Origin: Takakia lepidozioides
Lineage: Eukaryota > Plantae > Bryophyta
Reading direction: 5' to 3'
Length of the DNA: 64,000 bases
Assembly (NCBI GenBank): GCA_030704615.1
Contig: CM060733.1
Coordinates: 41,106,001 to 41,170,000 of the forward strand
Made by a program: the position numbers and the translations under genes. The notes below the pieces were generated by a model. It worked only from the letters and a program-made list of their open reading frames with translations. It was not told the DNA's origin and did not search any database. Positions 51,928 to 63,990 of the stretch are shown here, in pieces; position 1 is the first letter of the stretch, and the number at the start of each line of letters is the position of its first letter.

Positions 51928-52150
51928 TTACACAGCCCGACACAGCCAACACAACCCGTCACAGCCGACACAGCCGTCACAGCCAACACAGCCTGTCACA
52001 GCCCGTCACAGTCCGACACAGCCGACACAGCCGCCACAGCCAGACACAGCCGTCACAGCCAGTCACAGCTCGACACAGCCTGACACAGCCCAACACAGTC
52101 GCACAGCCAGTCACAGTTTCACACAGCCAGTCACAGCTTGACACAGCTGT
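51928..52150 (+). repeat. Tandem ~9-bp (ACACAGCCG/GTCACAGCC) array inside the LTR
   Basis: Direct read of many degenerate cacagcc units. Confidence 0.9.
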
Positions 52151-52690
52151 CACGACCATAGGGGACGGATAGCAGGACAGGGAACGACTGTGGGGAACAA
52201 CATCTGTGAATGGAACATGTTAGTTCACGGATGACGGTTAGTGAGGGAAACGGTTAGAACAACGGGTAGGAAGATAAAGCCAGGAGCGAGGACTTAAAAA
52301 TGATCACTTCTTGGGGGGACTTCGGACATCACGGGGGGAAAATGAAGCGGAGAGCGCATCTCTGAGCAGAAAGAGAGAGAGCACGGAGTAGGAGAAGAAC
52401 GATCTGTTGATGCTTGATGAATGCAAGCAGTAGAGTTGTAATGTAGAGCAGATTAGAGACTCCATGGCTTCAGCCTGATACTTGATAGATATTAATCTGA
52501 TACATACTTCATACTCACACTGTATAGAGAGATCTGAGTGAAGCTGTGGAATGAATGGATGAGTTGATGGAATCCGATAGATTGCTGAAGCAAACTGATA
52601 CTTAAATACCAACAGTAAGGTAACTAGCTAACATGAATGCGGGAAGGAAAACAAATAGGAAACACCCCCATGATACACTAGCTGTAGGTC

Positions 52691-53386
52691 ATGACTGATT
52701 GTTCTGAGCGGGCTGAGTGCTTAGAGATTTTCAACTCTTCTATCTTGGAGTTCCCGCCTCGGATAGCGAAGGGATGGGTGAGTAAAAGCCGCGCGATATT
52801 TGGCGACCATACTGGGGAACTGGGTCATGAACAACCAGATGTGACAGGCATCTGGTGGGATCATGGTGGTTGGAGAATTAAAGAATTTGATGTGAATCAA
52901 ATTCCTTGTGAAACTGAGAAGGAAAGATTGTCCAAACGATTCTTTCAGAGGTTCTTGGAATTGCCAGACGGTTGTAAAGAAAACATTCTTAAGAGAGTGC
53001 ATGATGCTGACCCTGAGTGGGGTCTGGAGAAAGGAGTGATAAAGATTTATCAGGTGGCCTGTAGAGGAAGTGCACGTTGGTTACCAACACTGGTTTATGT
53101 GATAGCATTGTTATCCATTAAGCGAGTAGAGTTTGAAGGCTGGGAGGAAAGAAAGGTGAATGTTTATACTCATATGCATGAAGAGCTTATACTGGTAAAG
53201 AATTGGATACCAAAGGATATTTTGTGGATCAAACTCACACCAAGAACAGCTTTCCAGACTTGTTTGCCATATGGTTTTATGGTAACGGAGACTTCTAGTA
53301 TAGCCAAGGGTGCATTGAAGCTTGAAAGAAACCCAGGCACATACGAGAGATATTACAGAAGAGAGTTTTGGTTATTGCCACATTAA
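52691..53386 (+). CDS. Uncharacterised 231-aa extra ORF upstream of gag
   Basis: Open ATG-to-stop frame with globular-looking, Trp-rich composition, between the LTR and gag; no family recognised. Confidence 0.55.
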   Translation: MTDCSERAECLEIFNSSILEFPPRIAKGWVSKSRAIFGDHTGELGHEQPDVTGIWWDHGGWRIKEFDVNQIPCETEKERLSKRFFQRFLELPDGCKENILKRVHDADPEWGLEKGVIKIYQVACRGSARWLPTLVYVIALLSIKRVEFEGWEERKVNVYTHMHEELILVKNWIPKDILWIKLTPRTAFQTCLPYGFMVTETSSIAKGALKLERNPGTYERYYRREFWLLPH

Positions 53387-53407
53387 AAGAAATGAAAGAC
53401 ATGGGAC

Positions 53408-56400
53408 ATGAGTGATGAAAGAGAAGCTAGACGCCAGAGATATTCAGCAAAAAGAGAAAGCTATCTGAAAGCTAATTATCCATATCTTTGGGAGAGAGGA
53501 ATAGACATAGGGGAATCATCTGGACCTCTCACACCATTAAGATTAGAGAGTACATCACCCATACCGGAAGAACTAGAGTTGGATGCCACTCCTTCTTTTT
53601 CTTTGCAAGAAAGATTAAGGGAATTGGTACGGGAAGAAGATCAATCCCGAGGTGAAAGATCTGAGGTACATTCCTGGATAAAAGATTTGACAGAAATCTT
53701 TGATAAGAGTTGGCATGGAACACCAAAAGCAGGAACTCCAGTTTCTGAAGCGGAAGGTGAAGAAGGAGGAGAGGATGTGGCAGAGCCAACGGAGAGTTCA
53801 GACTCTCCAACACCATTGCAGTTGAGTTACATGAGTGAAGAAGAAACCCAAGGGCAAAACTTGGAGGATGAAAATAGAGAGAAGAAATTGGAAGAAGAAG
53901 AGTATGAAGAAGTAGACCCAACAGCTGAGGTTGAGACTACAACCAGGACATCCCAACCCGTTGGACCTGGATCAAGTGGAGCACTTGGATCACAGGCCAA
54001 CGAAGGTGTCGGCTCAGGGGGATCAGGCGGGCTGCCTGGATCTGGCTCTGGGGGGACAAGGAGTTTGGGAAGTAGTGCAACTGGAGCTGGGAATATTGTG
54101 AATATCGTGGGGCCAATAGCAGGGAGTGCTCAAGGGCCACCACTTGGTGGAAGATCCACCACAACAACAACAGGTCTTGAAGGACCAGCACCAGCAAGGG
54201 TGCCAATACCTGTCAGTGGGCAGAAGGTAGGGCCACAGATGGCGTTACAACCAACACGGGCAAAACCACCTTTTCCAATATATTCAGGAAAAGGGGATCC
54301 CGATGTACACATTAGCCAATTTGAGCACATGTGTATAGTGAACAATGAGAATGGCGATGATGCCAAGATGAGATTGTTTCCTTGTTCACTTATCAAGAAA
54401 GCAAGTGAATGGTATGCAAGATTCCCTGATAATCATTTTCTAACCTGGAATAGCTTGAATACAGAATTCCGAAATAGGTTCAGGACAAGTAAAACTGAGG
54501 ATGAAGTGTATGGAAGTTTACAACAGTTAAAGCAAAGGAAGCATGAAACTGTTGAGGAGTATATGGAAAAGATGGAATTGATGATGAAAAAGCTGGCTGC
54601 TGTACCAGCACCAGGTTTACAGAAGACTTGCTTTGTGAGTGGACTAAGACCAGAGTTGCAAAAGAAAGTGGATATGTTATCCCATAATACAGTGGAGGAG
54701 GCATTTGAAACTGCAAACAGAATTGAGCAATTGGGAATGCTCAGGAGAGAGAAAAGGGATGATGAGGACTCTGAGGATGAGTCAGATGAAGAAGAAGAGC
54801 AAGAACTAAAAAGGAAGAGTAAGAAAAATGAGAAGTTGAAGAGGGATAACTATGAGAAAAGATTAGAAGAAATCTTGAAGAAGTATGCCACAGAGGCTGC
54901 AACACATTGGAGGAAGGGTGTATGGTGTGCAAAGTGCCAGAATGAAGGCCATACCACCACTGAATGCCACATGAAGGAGAAACATTGTACTATCTGTAAA
55001 ATGGATAACCATTCTACTAAGAATTGTTACTACAACAGAAGGACAGCTGCAAGAGAACCTAGGCAAGTAAGGGTGCATCAGGTGCAGCCCCAACCAAGAA
55101 GAAACAATGATTATGACCACTATGGTAGGTCTGGTGGTTATAACAATGGCATGGAAGGGAGAGGTAATTCAAGAGGGAATTACCAAGGAAATTCCGGAGG
55201 CAACTATCAGGGTAATCCAAGGGGAATTACCAGCCCGGGAATCAGGATTACAGAAATAATCCAAGAGCAGACCAAGGGCGAGGACCCAATGTTGAAGAAC
55301 TGTGTTACTATTGTAATCAGGCAGGACATCGCAAGGCAGCCTGTTCATTCTGGATTAGACACCAGAATGAGATGAGAGCTCCTGTGAATGAGGGCCCAGT
55401 GGTGGCAGCTCACATGGTTAGGCCATGTGTTGTACCAGAAGTAAGTACAATGATAGTAACAAGAAGCAAAGCCAAACTAATACCTCCAGTAGTTGAGGAA
55501 GATGATGATAATGAAGGTGGCAGTGATATGCCTGAAGATGATGAGGCTTGGAGAGATGAGAATGAACTGCACAAGGAAGCGGCAGATACCATAAGGGAAA
55601 TGCAGAAGAGTACTGATATTCCTGTGGCAGATTCCTCTGATTCTGATGGAGAAGAAGAAGTGAGTGAGGATGAAAGGAAGAAAGAAGCTGCAGACATGCA
55701 AAGTAATGAAGGGACTTTGGCTGAAGTAATATGCCAGACCAAAGCGGAGATTACCATTGGACAGTTATTGGCTATGGCACCTTATTGTAGACACAGACTG
55801 TATCAAGCAATCAATCGAATTGCCCAGGAGACAGGAAACACAGACCTGAACAGCAAGGTGACCAGTTATAATGTGAAGCCGGAAGGGCAAGAAACAGTCA
55901 TGGACTTTGATGATTCTATGCCAGTAATCCAATTGAGAATTGGAAGCACAGAACTAACTGATGTACTGATAGATGGAGGCTCTGGAGTAAATATCATGAC
56001 AGACCAATTAAGAAAGAAGCTTGGTCTAAGTAACATGAAACCAGCCCCATTTATAGTAACAATGGCAGATCAAAGGAGTGTACAGCCATTGGGATTAATA
56101 AGAGGAGTTAAGATACAGATACAGAAGATGATCTTTATGATCACAATAACTGTGTTGAAGATGGATGAAGTCATGGAGGCTTACTCCTTATTATTGGGAC
56201 GTCCGTGGCTGAAACAGGCCAGGGTATTCCATGACTGGAATTCTCAGTTACTACCCGTGCATAATGGGATGCACGAGATACAAATTACCACAAAGAAATC
56301 TAGTAGATTACCTTCTACGAGAAGACCTCAAGGGGTCAGAGAGTATGACTGGAGAGGAGGACTGGATGAGGAGCAGGAAGCTACCCTGTTTGCGGCACAC

Positions 56401-56413
56401 CCAGAGTGGGAGC
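53408..56413 (+). pseudogene. Retrotransposon gag-protease polyprotein (one frameshift, truncated before RT)
   Basis: ORFs 53408-55375 and 55372-56517 join through a frameshift near 55223; sequence switches to antisense PPR at ~56413. Confidence 0.85.
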
Positions 56414-57540
56414 AGGTCGCACATGCATTGCAAACACAAACAATGGTGATGTGGTTCGGCTTCACCCCTTCGTGCATGATTCGCTCATCCAAAGCATCGT
56501 ACCACATACATATCTGAATCTGCTGAGATGCTCTTTGGTTTAAAGTCTGTAGAGCCTCTTTCTGTCTGCATACCTCACAAAGCATCTTCACACGCCCAGA
56601 AGAGCCAGAAGAGGCATTATGGACTCCCTCTCTTTATCCTCTTTCAGAAACCAACGAGCTAACTTACAAAATTCAGTATGCATCTCAAGCGAGCCTCCAT
56701 CCCGCGCCCAAGCTGTGCATATCCTGCGATCATGGCGTTACAAGACACCACATCTCCTTAAGTCATATTGTCGAACACTCCCTTTGCATCCTCGATGCAC
56801 CCACAATTGGCATACATGTCCACGAGGGTATTGTTCAGAACAATATCTAGTTCAATTCCCGCTTTGATGATGTCACCATGGACCTCTCTGCCCTTTTCCA
56901 GGGCTGCTAGGCACATGCATTGCAGACACAAATAAAGGTGATGTGATTGGGCTTCACCCCTTCCCACCATTTTCTCATAGGTCTCCAAAGCCTCCATCCC
57001 GCACCCATGCTGTGTATATCATGCAATCATTGCGCTCCAAGACACCACATTTCGTTCAGCCATTAGGTCGAACACTCCCTTTGCATCCTCAATGCACCCA
57101 CATTTAGCATACATGTCCACCAGGGTATTATTCAGAATGACATCTGGTAAAATTCCAGCTTTGACAATGTCCCCATGGACTTCCTTGCCCTTATCCAGCG
57201 CTCCTAGGCTCGCACACACCTGCAAACCTAACCTGGGGTGATCTGGTCGGGCTTCACCTCTTCCCTCATCATTTGCTCATAGGTCTCCATAGCCTCCATC
57301 CCGCGCCCCTGCTGTGCATAAGCTGTGATCATCGCAGTCCAAGACACCACATCTCGTTCGGCCATATTGTCCAACATTCCCTTTGCATCTTCAATGCTCC
57401 CACATTTTGCATACATGTTCAATAGAGCATGTCCAGAACAACATCTCGTACGATTCCAGCTTCGACAATGTCAGCATGGACCACATTTGCCTTTTCCAGG
57501 GCTGCCAGGATCACACACACATTGCAAACACAGTACATGA
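56414..57540 (-). pseudogene. PLS-PPR gene fragments
   Basis: NMYAKCGSIEDAKGMLDNMAERDVVSWTAMITAYAQQGRGMEA and ASLGALDKGKEVHGDIVKAG; stops and frameshifts. Confidence 0.9.
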
Positions 57541-57639
57541 AGGAAGGGAAGAAGAAGGAGAAGGAGGTCGCGTTCGCCGAGCAGGAGTGACTTGAAAATC
57601 TCGCTAAGTCAACGGCCCCCTCACTGCGACTTACGGAGC

Positions 57640-58016
57640 TCACAACCCGAGCTCCCTATCAATTGTACTGCTCTCAATTCGACGCGTGTCATTGTAATTT
57701 CAAAATAGTGCCATATGGGTTACAATTGATAAAAATGTACCCGATGGGTCCAACCCGCAGTCGTCAACACGACTACAAATTTCATTAATATAAAAAATAT
57801 ATTTTTTCCCGATTTTTGGACATCAGCCTATATTTCGGCGTGAAACCCGGAGTTCACTTCTGCGACTTGTATACTCCATCCTTTATGCCAGCGTGGCATA
57901 AAAACGACTGCGACGACTGGCAAGTCGTCATTCACAACCTGGAATCCCACGCGCAGTTGTTTCGGACAGAATCACAACCGTGAGTCGGGTGCGAAAAGCA
58001 CCTATTCCTTGTAGTG
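57640..58016. mobile_element. Single CACTA terminus with subterminal repeats
   Basis: Ends CCTTGTAGTG (reverse complement CACTACAAGG) with CGACT/AGTCG subterminal motifs; partner TIR not found. Confidence 0.65.
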
Positions 58017-58029
58017 ATCGATCTACTGC

Positions 58030-59729
58030 ATGGAAATCGATTTGGGCTGCATGGATCAGAATGCGACATTTCCTTTCGCAATTAGGACCATCCATACCAG
58101 AAGAAGTGTGCAGACAGCCTCTATTCGGAAGTTCTGGTCAAGTGCTCTGATCATTGGGCTCACTAGGAGGCGGCCAACATTAGTCACTTCTCTCATATCT
58201 GGGAAAACGGGGCTTTGATTCATGTACACGCAGCTACCCCGAACCTGTCCTGCTGCAGCTGGTTGGGAAATGGTCACTCGTGATTTACCGCCTTCTTGGA
58301 TATTCCTACAAATCTCAGAAAGCTCCCGGCTTGGGTGGGAGTTGAAACAGTAGGGGGCAAGGATGAACTCTACGCTATGACAAGATCTGGCTCCTTGCTT
58401 TAAGGTTGAAAGTTCCAGGTTAATCCTTCCGGTTCCCTCTTCTCCCCTACACCAGGTGATATGGAGGAATGCCAATGTTTTGCGATTAGAGTAATTTGTT
58501 TGGCTTCGGAAAAGGTGAATCTTTCGCTGGACAATGGATTGCATTCCAACCCTTTCCTTCACTGGTTCTTTGCAGCTCCCATTACCCTCCTTCAATTTGA
58601 TCCTGGGGAGTGGATTTGGAGGGATAGAAAGCACAACCCTTTCTTCAGTTATTTGGTCAAATTGGGTAGCTCCCTTCCCAAACCTAGATGCGAAATGGAC
58701 TGGGAAATGGAGGACCTACATGACTTCCCATCATCCTGATTAATTATATGGAAGGACGTTTGGAGGAAGGACAAAGCCTCGAAGATTAGCGGATTCTTGT
58801 GGAAACTGGTTAATAGAATATTACCAGTCCGTGCTCACTTCTCTGCGGTATCTCAAGTTTGTGGCTCTTGTCACTTGCAGGTTAATGAAACACTGCCTAT
58901 CTGTTTGTCCTTTGGCTGCGACGGTTTGGCACCATGCTCTTTCTCTTCTATAGTCCTTGGAAGAATATGGCGCCGTCTCCATTTCAATCCATTCTTCTTC
59001 TAAACTTCTCTCTTGATCGCTTATGGTCTGACTGTCCGGTTTGGGAGCCTTGAGAGCTCTTTATACGCTTTGGCAATATATTTGGAAAGCTAGGTGTGCT
59101 CGCATCTTTGAGGGGAAGCTGATCAGTATTAGAGTAATTCTGTGTTTGATTCATTCATACCTTTTGTCTGAGGCCCGCAAGGCATGGCGAGTTTTGAGGG
59201 AAGCTATTTGCAGGTGTGACAGCAGAAGGATTAGAGGGCAACTGTGGGGCAAGGGAACTACCATCTGCTACATAACTTCGATCTCCTCTAGAATTCACTG
59301 GAATGACTCCCTTCCTTTAGGCTGGGAGTTCCTTTAGCGCCCGTCTTTCCCCTGCAAAGGGTGAGGAATCCGAAGTAAACTGGAGGCACCGTCGTTCCCT
59401 TAGAAAAACTAGATCCAGATGCATCTCTCTTTTGAGCCTTACAAGAGGAAACGTGGTAGCTACTAGGTCTTAGTGGCTACATTAGCACCTTGGTCTCTTC
59501 ATTTGCTCTGCTTCATACTCTTTGTGCATCTTCTCTTTGATGGTTTCATTTTCCTTTTCCATGTGCTCTGTGTTCTTGGTTACGAAGCAGTGTCTTCCTG
59601 GATCTGCCTCTATGGCACCCACATCAGCTCGGTTATTTTTTCCTCTTTGTAATCCTTGGGCATTTAGTCCCTTTGCTATAAAGTTTTCAGGACTTCCATC
59701 CCCTTTCATAAATTTAAAAAAAAAAAAAA
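58030..59729 (+). mobile_element. 5'-truncated L1-type LINE remnant with poly(A) tail
   Basis: LLQFDPGEWIWRDRKH, FLWKLVNRILPV..CGSCH and LWQYIWKARC; poly(A) at ~59716-59729. Confidence 0.8.
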
Positions 59730-59839
59730 TGAATCTTCGAATACTATGGACCCGACTGGTATTGAAATTAAATTCGTTTCAATACAGTATTAGAAAAAGT
59801 AATACCCGCCCAACACTCCTTTCAACCCACGTTTCTTTT

Positions 59840-60175
59840 CATTTATAGAGCAATCCAACCATTGATGTGTCTCTTAGATGTCTTAAGATTTTCTTCACAA
59901 CTCTCCAGTGAGTTTAACCATGATTTGGAAGAAACTGATTAACTACTCCCATTAGATTTGCAATGTCTAGTTTAGTATAATTCATGCAATACGTTAGACT
60001 ATTTAGGACACTTTGATATGGAATCTTCATCATATATAATCCTCTCTCTCTTCTTCATTCTGTGGAGACATATCATTAGTGAACTTTATGGTCGTTTCAA
60101 GTGGAGTTCGGACAACTTTACTCATTTCCAGTTTAAATCTTTGTAGTATGGTAATTTCTACATATTTTGTTGACT
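59840..60175 (-). mobile_element. Ty1/copia reverse-transcriptase remnant
   Basis: Minus-strand translation KYVEI..LQRFKLE...RTPLE...IPYQSVLNSLTYCMNYTKLDIA...HWRVVKKILRHLRDT. Confidence 0.75.
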
Positions 60176-60660
60176 GGCCGAACTTGCATAGAGGACATGG
60201 GACAAGATTTTTGTCACAAAGTACCTTGTTGTGGATGCTTTGTCAACACAAAAAAAAAGACCTTTTTAAAGCATGTCCTAAGGTGAGTGCTACTTTTGTT
60301 TGTCCTCTATAAATATTTGTATCCCAACTGAAGTTGGGCAAAAAAAGGCTTTCATATGTCAAGGAGGTTAGAGGATAAGAAACATTCATCTCTGTCGAAA
60401 GTTTGCGAATGCAATAGATATTCACTAGTGGAACACAAATGTTGAACACCTGACATGTTGGCTAATGTCATGTGGGTGAGAGTTGGATTGAGCACATTGA
60501 CCAGGCTCTGGCCTTTCTCTACCTTTTCTACTCCCTCGAGTCTCAGTGTATTATTACACGACTGTGACAAGCAGTGTGACGAGTAAATCTCTCATTCTTT
60601 TTCTACTGCAGCCATTTGGGCCTCCTTGGGATATAATAACTTTATGTTTCTCTTTCTCTC

Positions 60661-60745
60661 TGTCGTGCACCTAAGCATCGTGCCACAACATACATCGTTG
60701 TCCACCACACAATCTAAGCACACAATCCTAGAAAGCTATACCACA
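60661..60745 (-). repeat. 85-bp LTR of the PHD-Gypsy family (extra copy)
   Basis: Nearly identical to 61116-61200. Confidence 0.8.
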
Positions 60746-60746
60746 A

Positions 60747-61113
60747 TGATAATGGAAATGAACACACAATGGAAACACTCCACTCATGAATCCACTCAAT
60801 CACATAAACTAAGTCAAGCCAAGGGCACCTTTGCTAAAGGAATCCACCCTACAAAGCCCTCACCACACTCCCTCTCAATACCTAGAGCTATGGAGGTGGG
60901 AGAGGCTCATGGAGGCTCAACTACAAGAAGATGAGCCTCCTCAACACTCACAAGGGGAAAACCTATCTCCATGTCTCAAGTGAGGCTCGACACCTCACTT
61001 TGCATGTGAGACCAAATGAAGTCCCAACACACAAAATATAAATATAAATATCTCAAATGTCCTAGTTAACTAGAAGTAGGTAATTCTAGATAACCATGAC
61101 TAAAACCATGACA
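60747..61113 (-). repeat. Solo LTR family B (TGTCA...TATCA)
   Basis: Matches 51520-51807 in reverse orientation; TG...CA bounded. Confidence 0.75.
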
Positions 61114-61115
61114 GT

Positions 61116-61575
61116 TGTCGTGCACCTAAGCATCGTGCCACAACATACATCGATGTCCACCACACAATCTAAGCACACAATCCTAGAAAGCTATACCACA
61201 ATCGCCCCCCTAGCTGGTGGTTAGGTCCCTCTAACTCCAAATAGCTACAAGATGTAATAGCCACAGCCGTACTAAGTCCTCTATCACTGTCCCTATTGTA
61301 CTCAAACTCTATAGACCAAGAGGCTGGGTACAAGAGCAACCCCATCGTTAGTCGCCGTCTTGCAATGTGTGAACTTGAGTCAGGATCTCGTGTGTTGGTC
61401 TCCTAGTAGCTTGGCCTTACATTTCTTGTTAGCCTTCCATGGTTGTATCCACTCCCACTATCCAATGCAATGCGGACATAACCAATCCCCATTAGGAACC
61501 ATCTCAAGAGGTGGAGTCAAGCATCCCATATGCCAACCTCTAAAGCATTGATCACACACCAGCATTGTCGCGGCC
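61116..61575 (-). mobile_element. 3' end of a second PHD-Gypsy copy (PHD, 3' UTR, PPT, 85-bp LTR)
   Basis: AATMLVCDQCFRGWHMGCLTPPLEMVPNGDWLCPHCIG* (61458-61575); UTR, PPT and LTR homologous to 4773-5134. Confidence 0.88.
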
Positions 61576-62186
61576 CTTTGCCTTGAGGGCAGGGGGTCGG
61601 GACACATGAGGGGCTGCCCCTGTAGTGGGGGCATCGGCAGCGATAGGTATGGGGGGCTGAAGCACCCTTGAGTGCCCAAGGCACTCAAGGAGGCGGAGGC
61701 GCTCACTAGGTGGAGCCCCGCACACCGGGTTGCGGTGGGGGGTGGCTCCACAAGGGGTGGTGGTAGCTTAGCGGGACTTAGTGGGGGTGGCATAGGCCTC
61801 ACCATGGGGGCGAAGACCTCGTGGTGGGAGTCGTGGGGAGTTTTGGGACTCATCACGGTCCATAGGGGCCGTGATGAGTGGGCCAAGACTCACCGCGACT
61901 CATCACCGGGAGTCGAGGGTTTTCGTGGTGGTTCGCCATAAAATGGCATGGCTGGTTATGAAACCCCCGCGGACAGCTACAGAAGTATATATAGGGAGTA
62001 GTAACCCCGAGAACGGTGCAAGCCCGTTGGTGACCAAAAACTAGTGAGTACGCGAGCGAGTCGGAGAGCGACCAAAGAGTGGGGAGCTGTTCCGGACTGC
62101 CATCTACCAAAGGGAATTCTCCTAGTCCCAAACAGGTGGAGGGTTTAGAGGGAAGCAAAGGGGGACCGTTATGTCCCGGTGAGCAG

Positions 62187-62686
62187 NNNNNNNNNNNNNN
62201 NNNNNNNNNNNNNNNNNNNNNNNNNNNNNNNNNNNNNNNNNNNNNNNNNNNNNNNNNNNNNNNNNNNNNNNNNNNNNNNNNNNNNNNNNNNNNNNNNNNN
62301 NNNNNNNNNNNNNNNNNNNNNNNNNNNNNNNNNNNNNNNNNNNNNNNNNNNNNNNNNNNNNNNNNNNNNNNNNNNNNNNNNNNNNNNNNNNNNNNNNNNN
62401 NNNNNNNNNNNNNNNNNNNNNNNNNNNNNNNNNNNNNNNNNNNNNNNNNNNNNNNNNNNNNNNNNNNNNNNNNNNNNNNNNNNNNNNNNNNNNNNNNNNN
62501 NNNNNNNNNNNNNNNNNNNNNNNNNNNNNNNNNNNNNNNNNNNNNNNNNNNNNNNNNNNNNNNNNNNNNNNNNNNNNNNNNNNNNNNNNNNNNNNNNNNN
62601 NNNNNNNNNNNNNNNNNNNNNNNNNNNNNNNNNNNNNNNNNNNNNNNNNNNNNNNNNNNNNNNNNNNNNNNNNNNNNNNNNNNNNN
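62187..62686. other. Assembly gap (500 N)
   Basis: Run of N. Confidence 1.
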
Positions 62687-62914
62687 TCTCATCCTTGAGG
62701 ACCTCCTCAACCCGAGAAGAATCCCCAACCTCATCCATCACGCCGCCTGGCTGCCAACTCCCTCTGAACCTCAAGCACCTCCCACGTGTGCCATGGATGC
62801 ATGCACCCCGTGGTCCTCAAATGCTCGCCCCCACCTCACTGCCTGTACAGTCTGGGTAGGCAGAGAGACCATCGAGGGAAGAGTACTCCGCACTCTGGCG
62901 GCTCAGCTAGAGCC

Positions 62915-63990
62915 AAGCTGATAATCCAGGTCAAGCAATTGAGATCCATTGCTTGACCCAACACTTGACGACGTGATGCCTCAGAAAGAGATGACCCGCC
63001 GTGGTACCAGTGGTAAAACCCATTGCCCGCTCACGCTCGTCAGTCATTAGGCTCCACTAACTGCTGCAACTGAGCATCCACAAGAGGCCAGGTCACTATC
63101 CCGGAAAGCATTGATCTGGGAAGCTGGAGCAGTGTAGGTAATGCTGCTCGTGGTGACCCACCTTGTTGACCACTGCACAAAGGCGAACGGTCATCGTGTC
63201 TCACACGCTGAGACTGCCTCCCTGTGTCAGAATGCTATCCACTGTGAGATGTGCTGGCCGCTGCACCCCATCAAATGCACGCTTGAGCAGTGCGGGTGGC
63301 ATCAAGTTAGTCCACCATAGCCGTGGACGATGAGCCCGTGATCCCACTGTAGCTGCATCGTAGAAACACTGCTGACCCAAGCCATGACCGGACTTGATGC
63401 ACACTGGCCATCACCCTGGCCCGAGAATCGCCCATCAGTGGCACATTCTCCAAGATGTATGCTGGAGATACAGCTTGATGAAGCTGCAAGTGGCGCAAAA
63501 ACCCGCACCATCTCCCAAAACAGACCCGACCTCGAGTCTCGCAATCCATTGCCATGCCCGGTTGATGAATGCCCTTGGCAGGGCCAACCTGCCACTACCA
63601 GATCAATGGAGCCAACCCGCCCAAATCCTGCGCCCCCAGCATCGAAATGTATGCTGGCAAGGCTGCTGATATCCACGAATGGCAGACACCGACAACAACT
63701 CAGGGTACTGCTGCACCAACTGAGCAACATGGCAAAGTGAAACGCGTCGTGCAGTTCTCATCCCTCTCCACATACAGGTAACGCTGAACTCGTACACCTG
63801 CCTGTAACACAGCAGCCAATCCGGTGCTGATCCCGCCAAACAAGTCCAGAAGACAAATGCCTTCATCTGGATACTGCCACACATAGGTGTGGTGTCCAAT
63901 GGAGACAACTGAGGGTGGTCCTGGTGCAATCCCCGCACTCTCCTCCTCTCCTGACGGTACAAAAGCCTCCACCCAGGCTTGTTGCACCCG
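62915..63990 (-). pseudogene. Intronless DNMT3-like C5 cytosine methyltransferase domain, frameshifted, probably retrotransposon-borne
   Basis: Motif I LLDLFGG (~63840), II YVERD, IV IDLVVAGWPCQG (~63580), VI YILENV (~63445), VIII AHRPRLWWTNL (~63320) and IX/X ERERAMGFTTGTT...RRQVLGQAMD (~62945-63040), in canonical order across several frames. Confidence 0.88.

Larger units (their letters stand above)
51808..56413 (+). mobile_element. Gypsy-like LTR element 5' half: LTR, extra ORF, gag with three zinc knuckles, protease; 3'-truncated
   Basis: LTR-like TGTTAG...CTAACA (~51808-52633); gag DPDVHISQF..LFPCSL..WY; CCHC knuckles CAKCQNEGHTTTEC, CTICKMDNHSTKNC and CYYCNQAGHRKAAC (after a frameshift near 55223); protease LIDGGSGVN and LLGRPWL. 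Confidence 0.85.

Noticed and set aside
51928-52150. CRISPR-like array
   Set aside because: Contiguous ~9-bp degenerate units with no unique spacers, eukaryotic context and no cas genes.
38181-58016. CACTA pair formed by CACTACAACA at 38181 and the TIR at 58016
   Set aside because: Flanks (AGG versus ATC) do not form a TSD; 38181-38190 is better explained as the TGTTG terminus of an LTR.
61853-62921. Long ORFs spanning 62187-62686
   Set aside because: Artefacts of translating through the N gap.
62915-63990. Host DRM/CMT/MET1 gene or a bacterial restriction-modification MTase
   Set aside because: No introns, no UBA/BAH/chromo domains, non-permuted motif order, DNMT3-like motifs VIII-X, no endonuclease partner, and a TE context.
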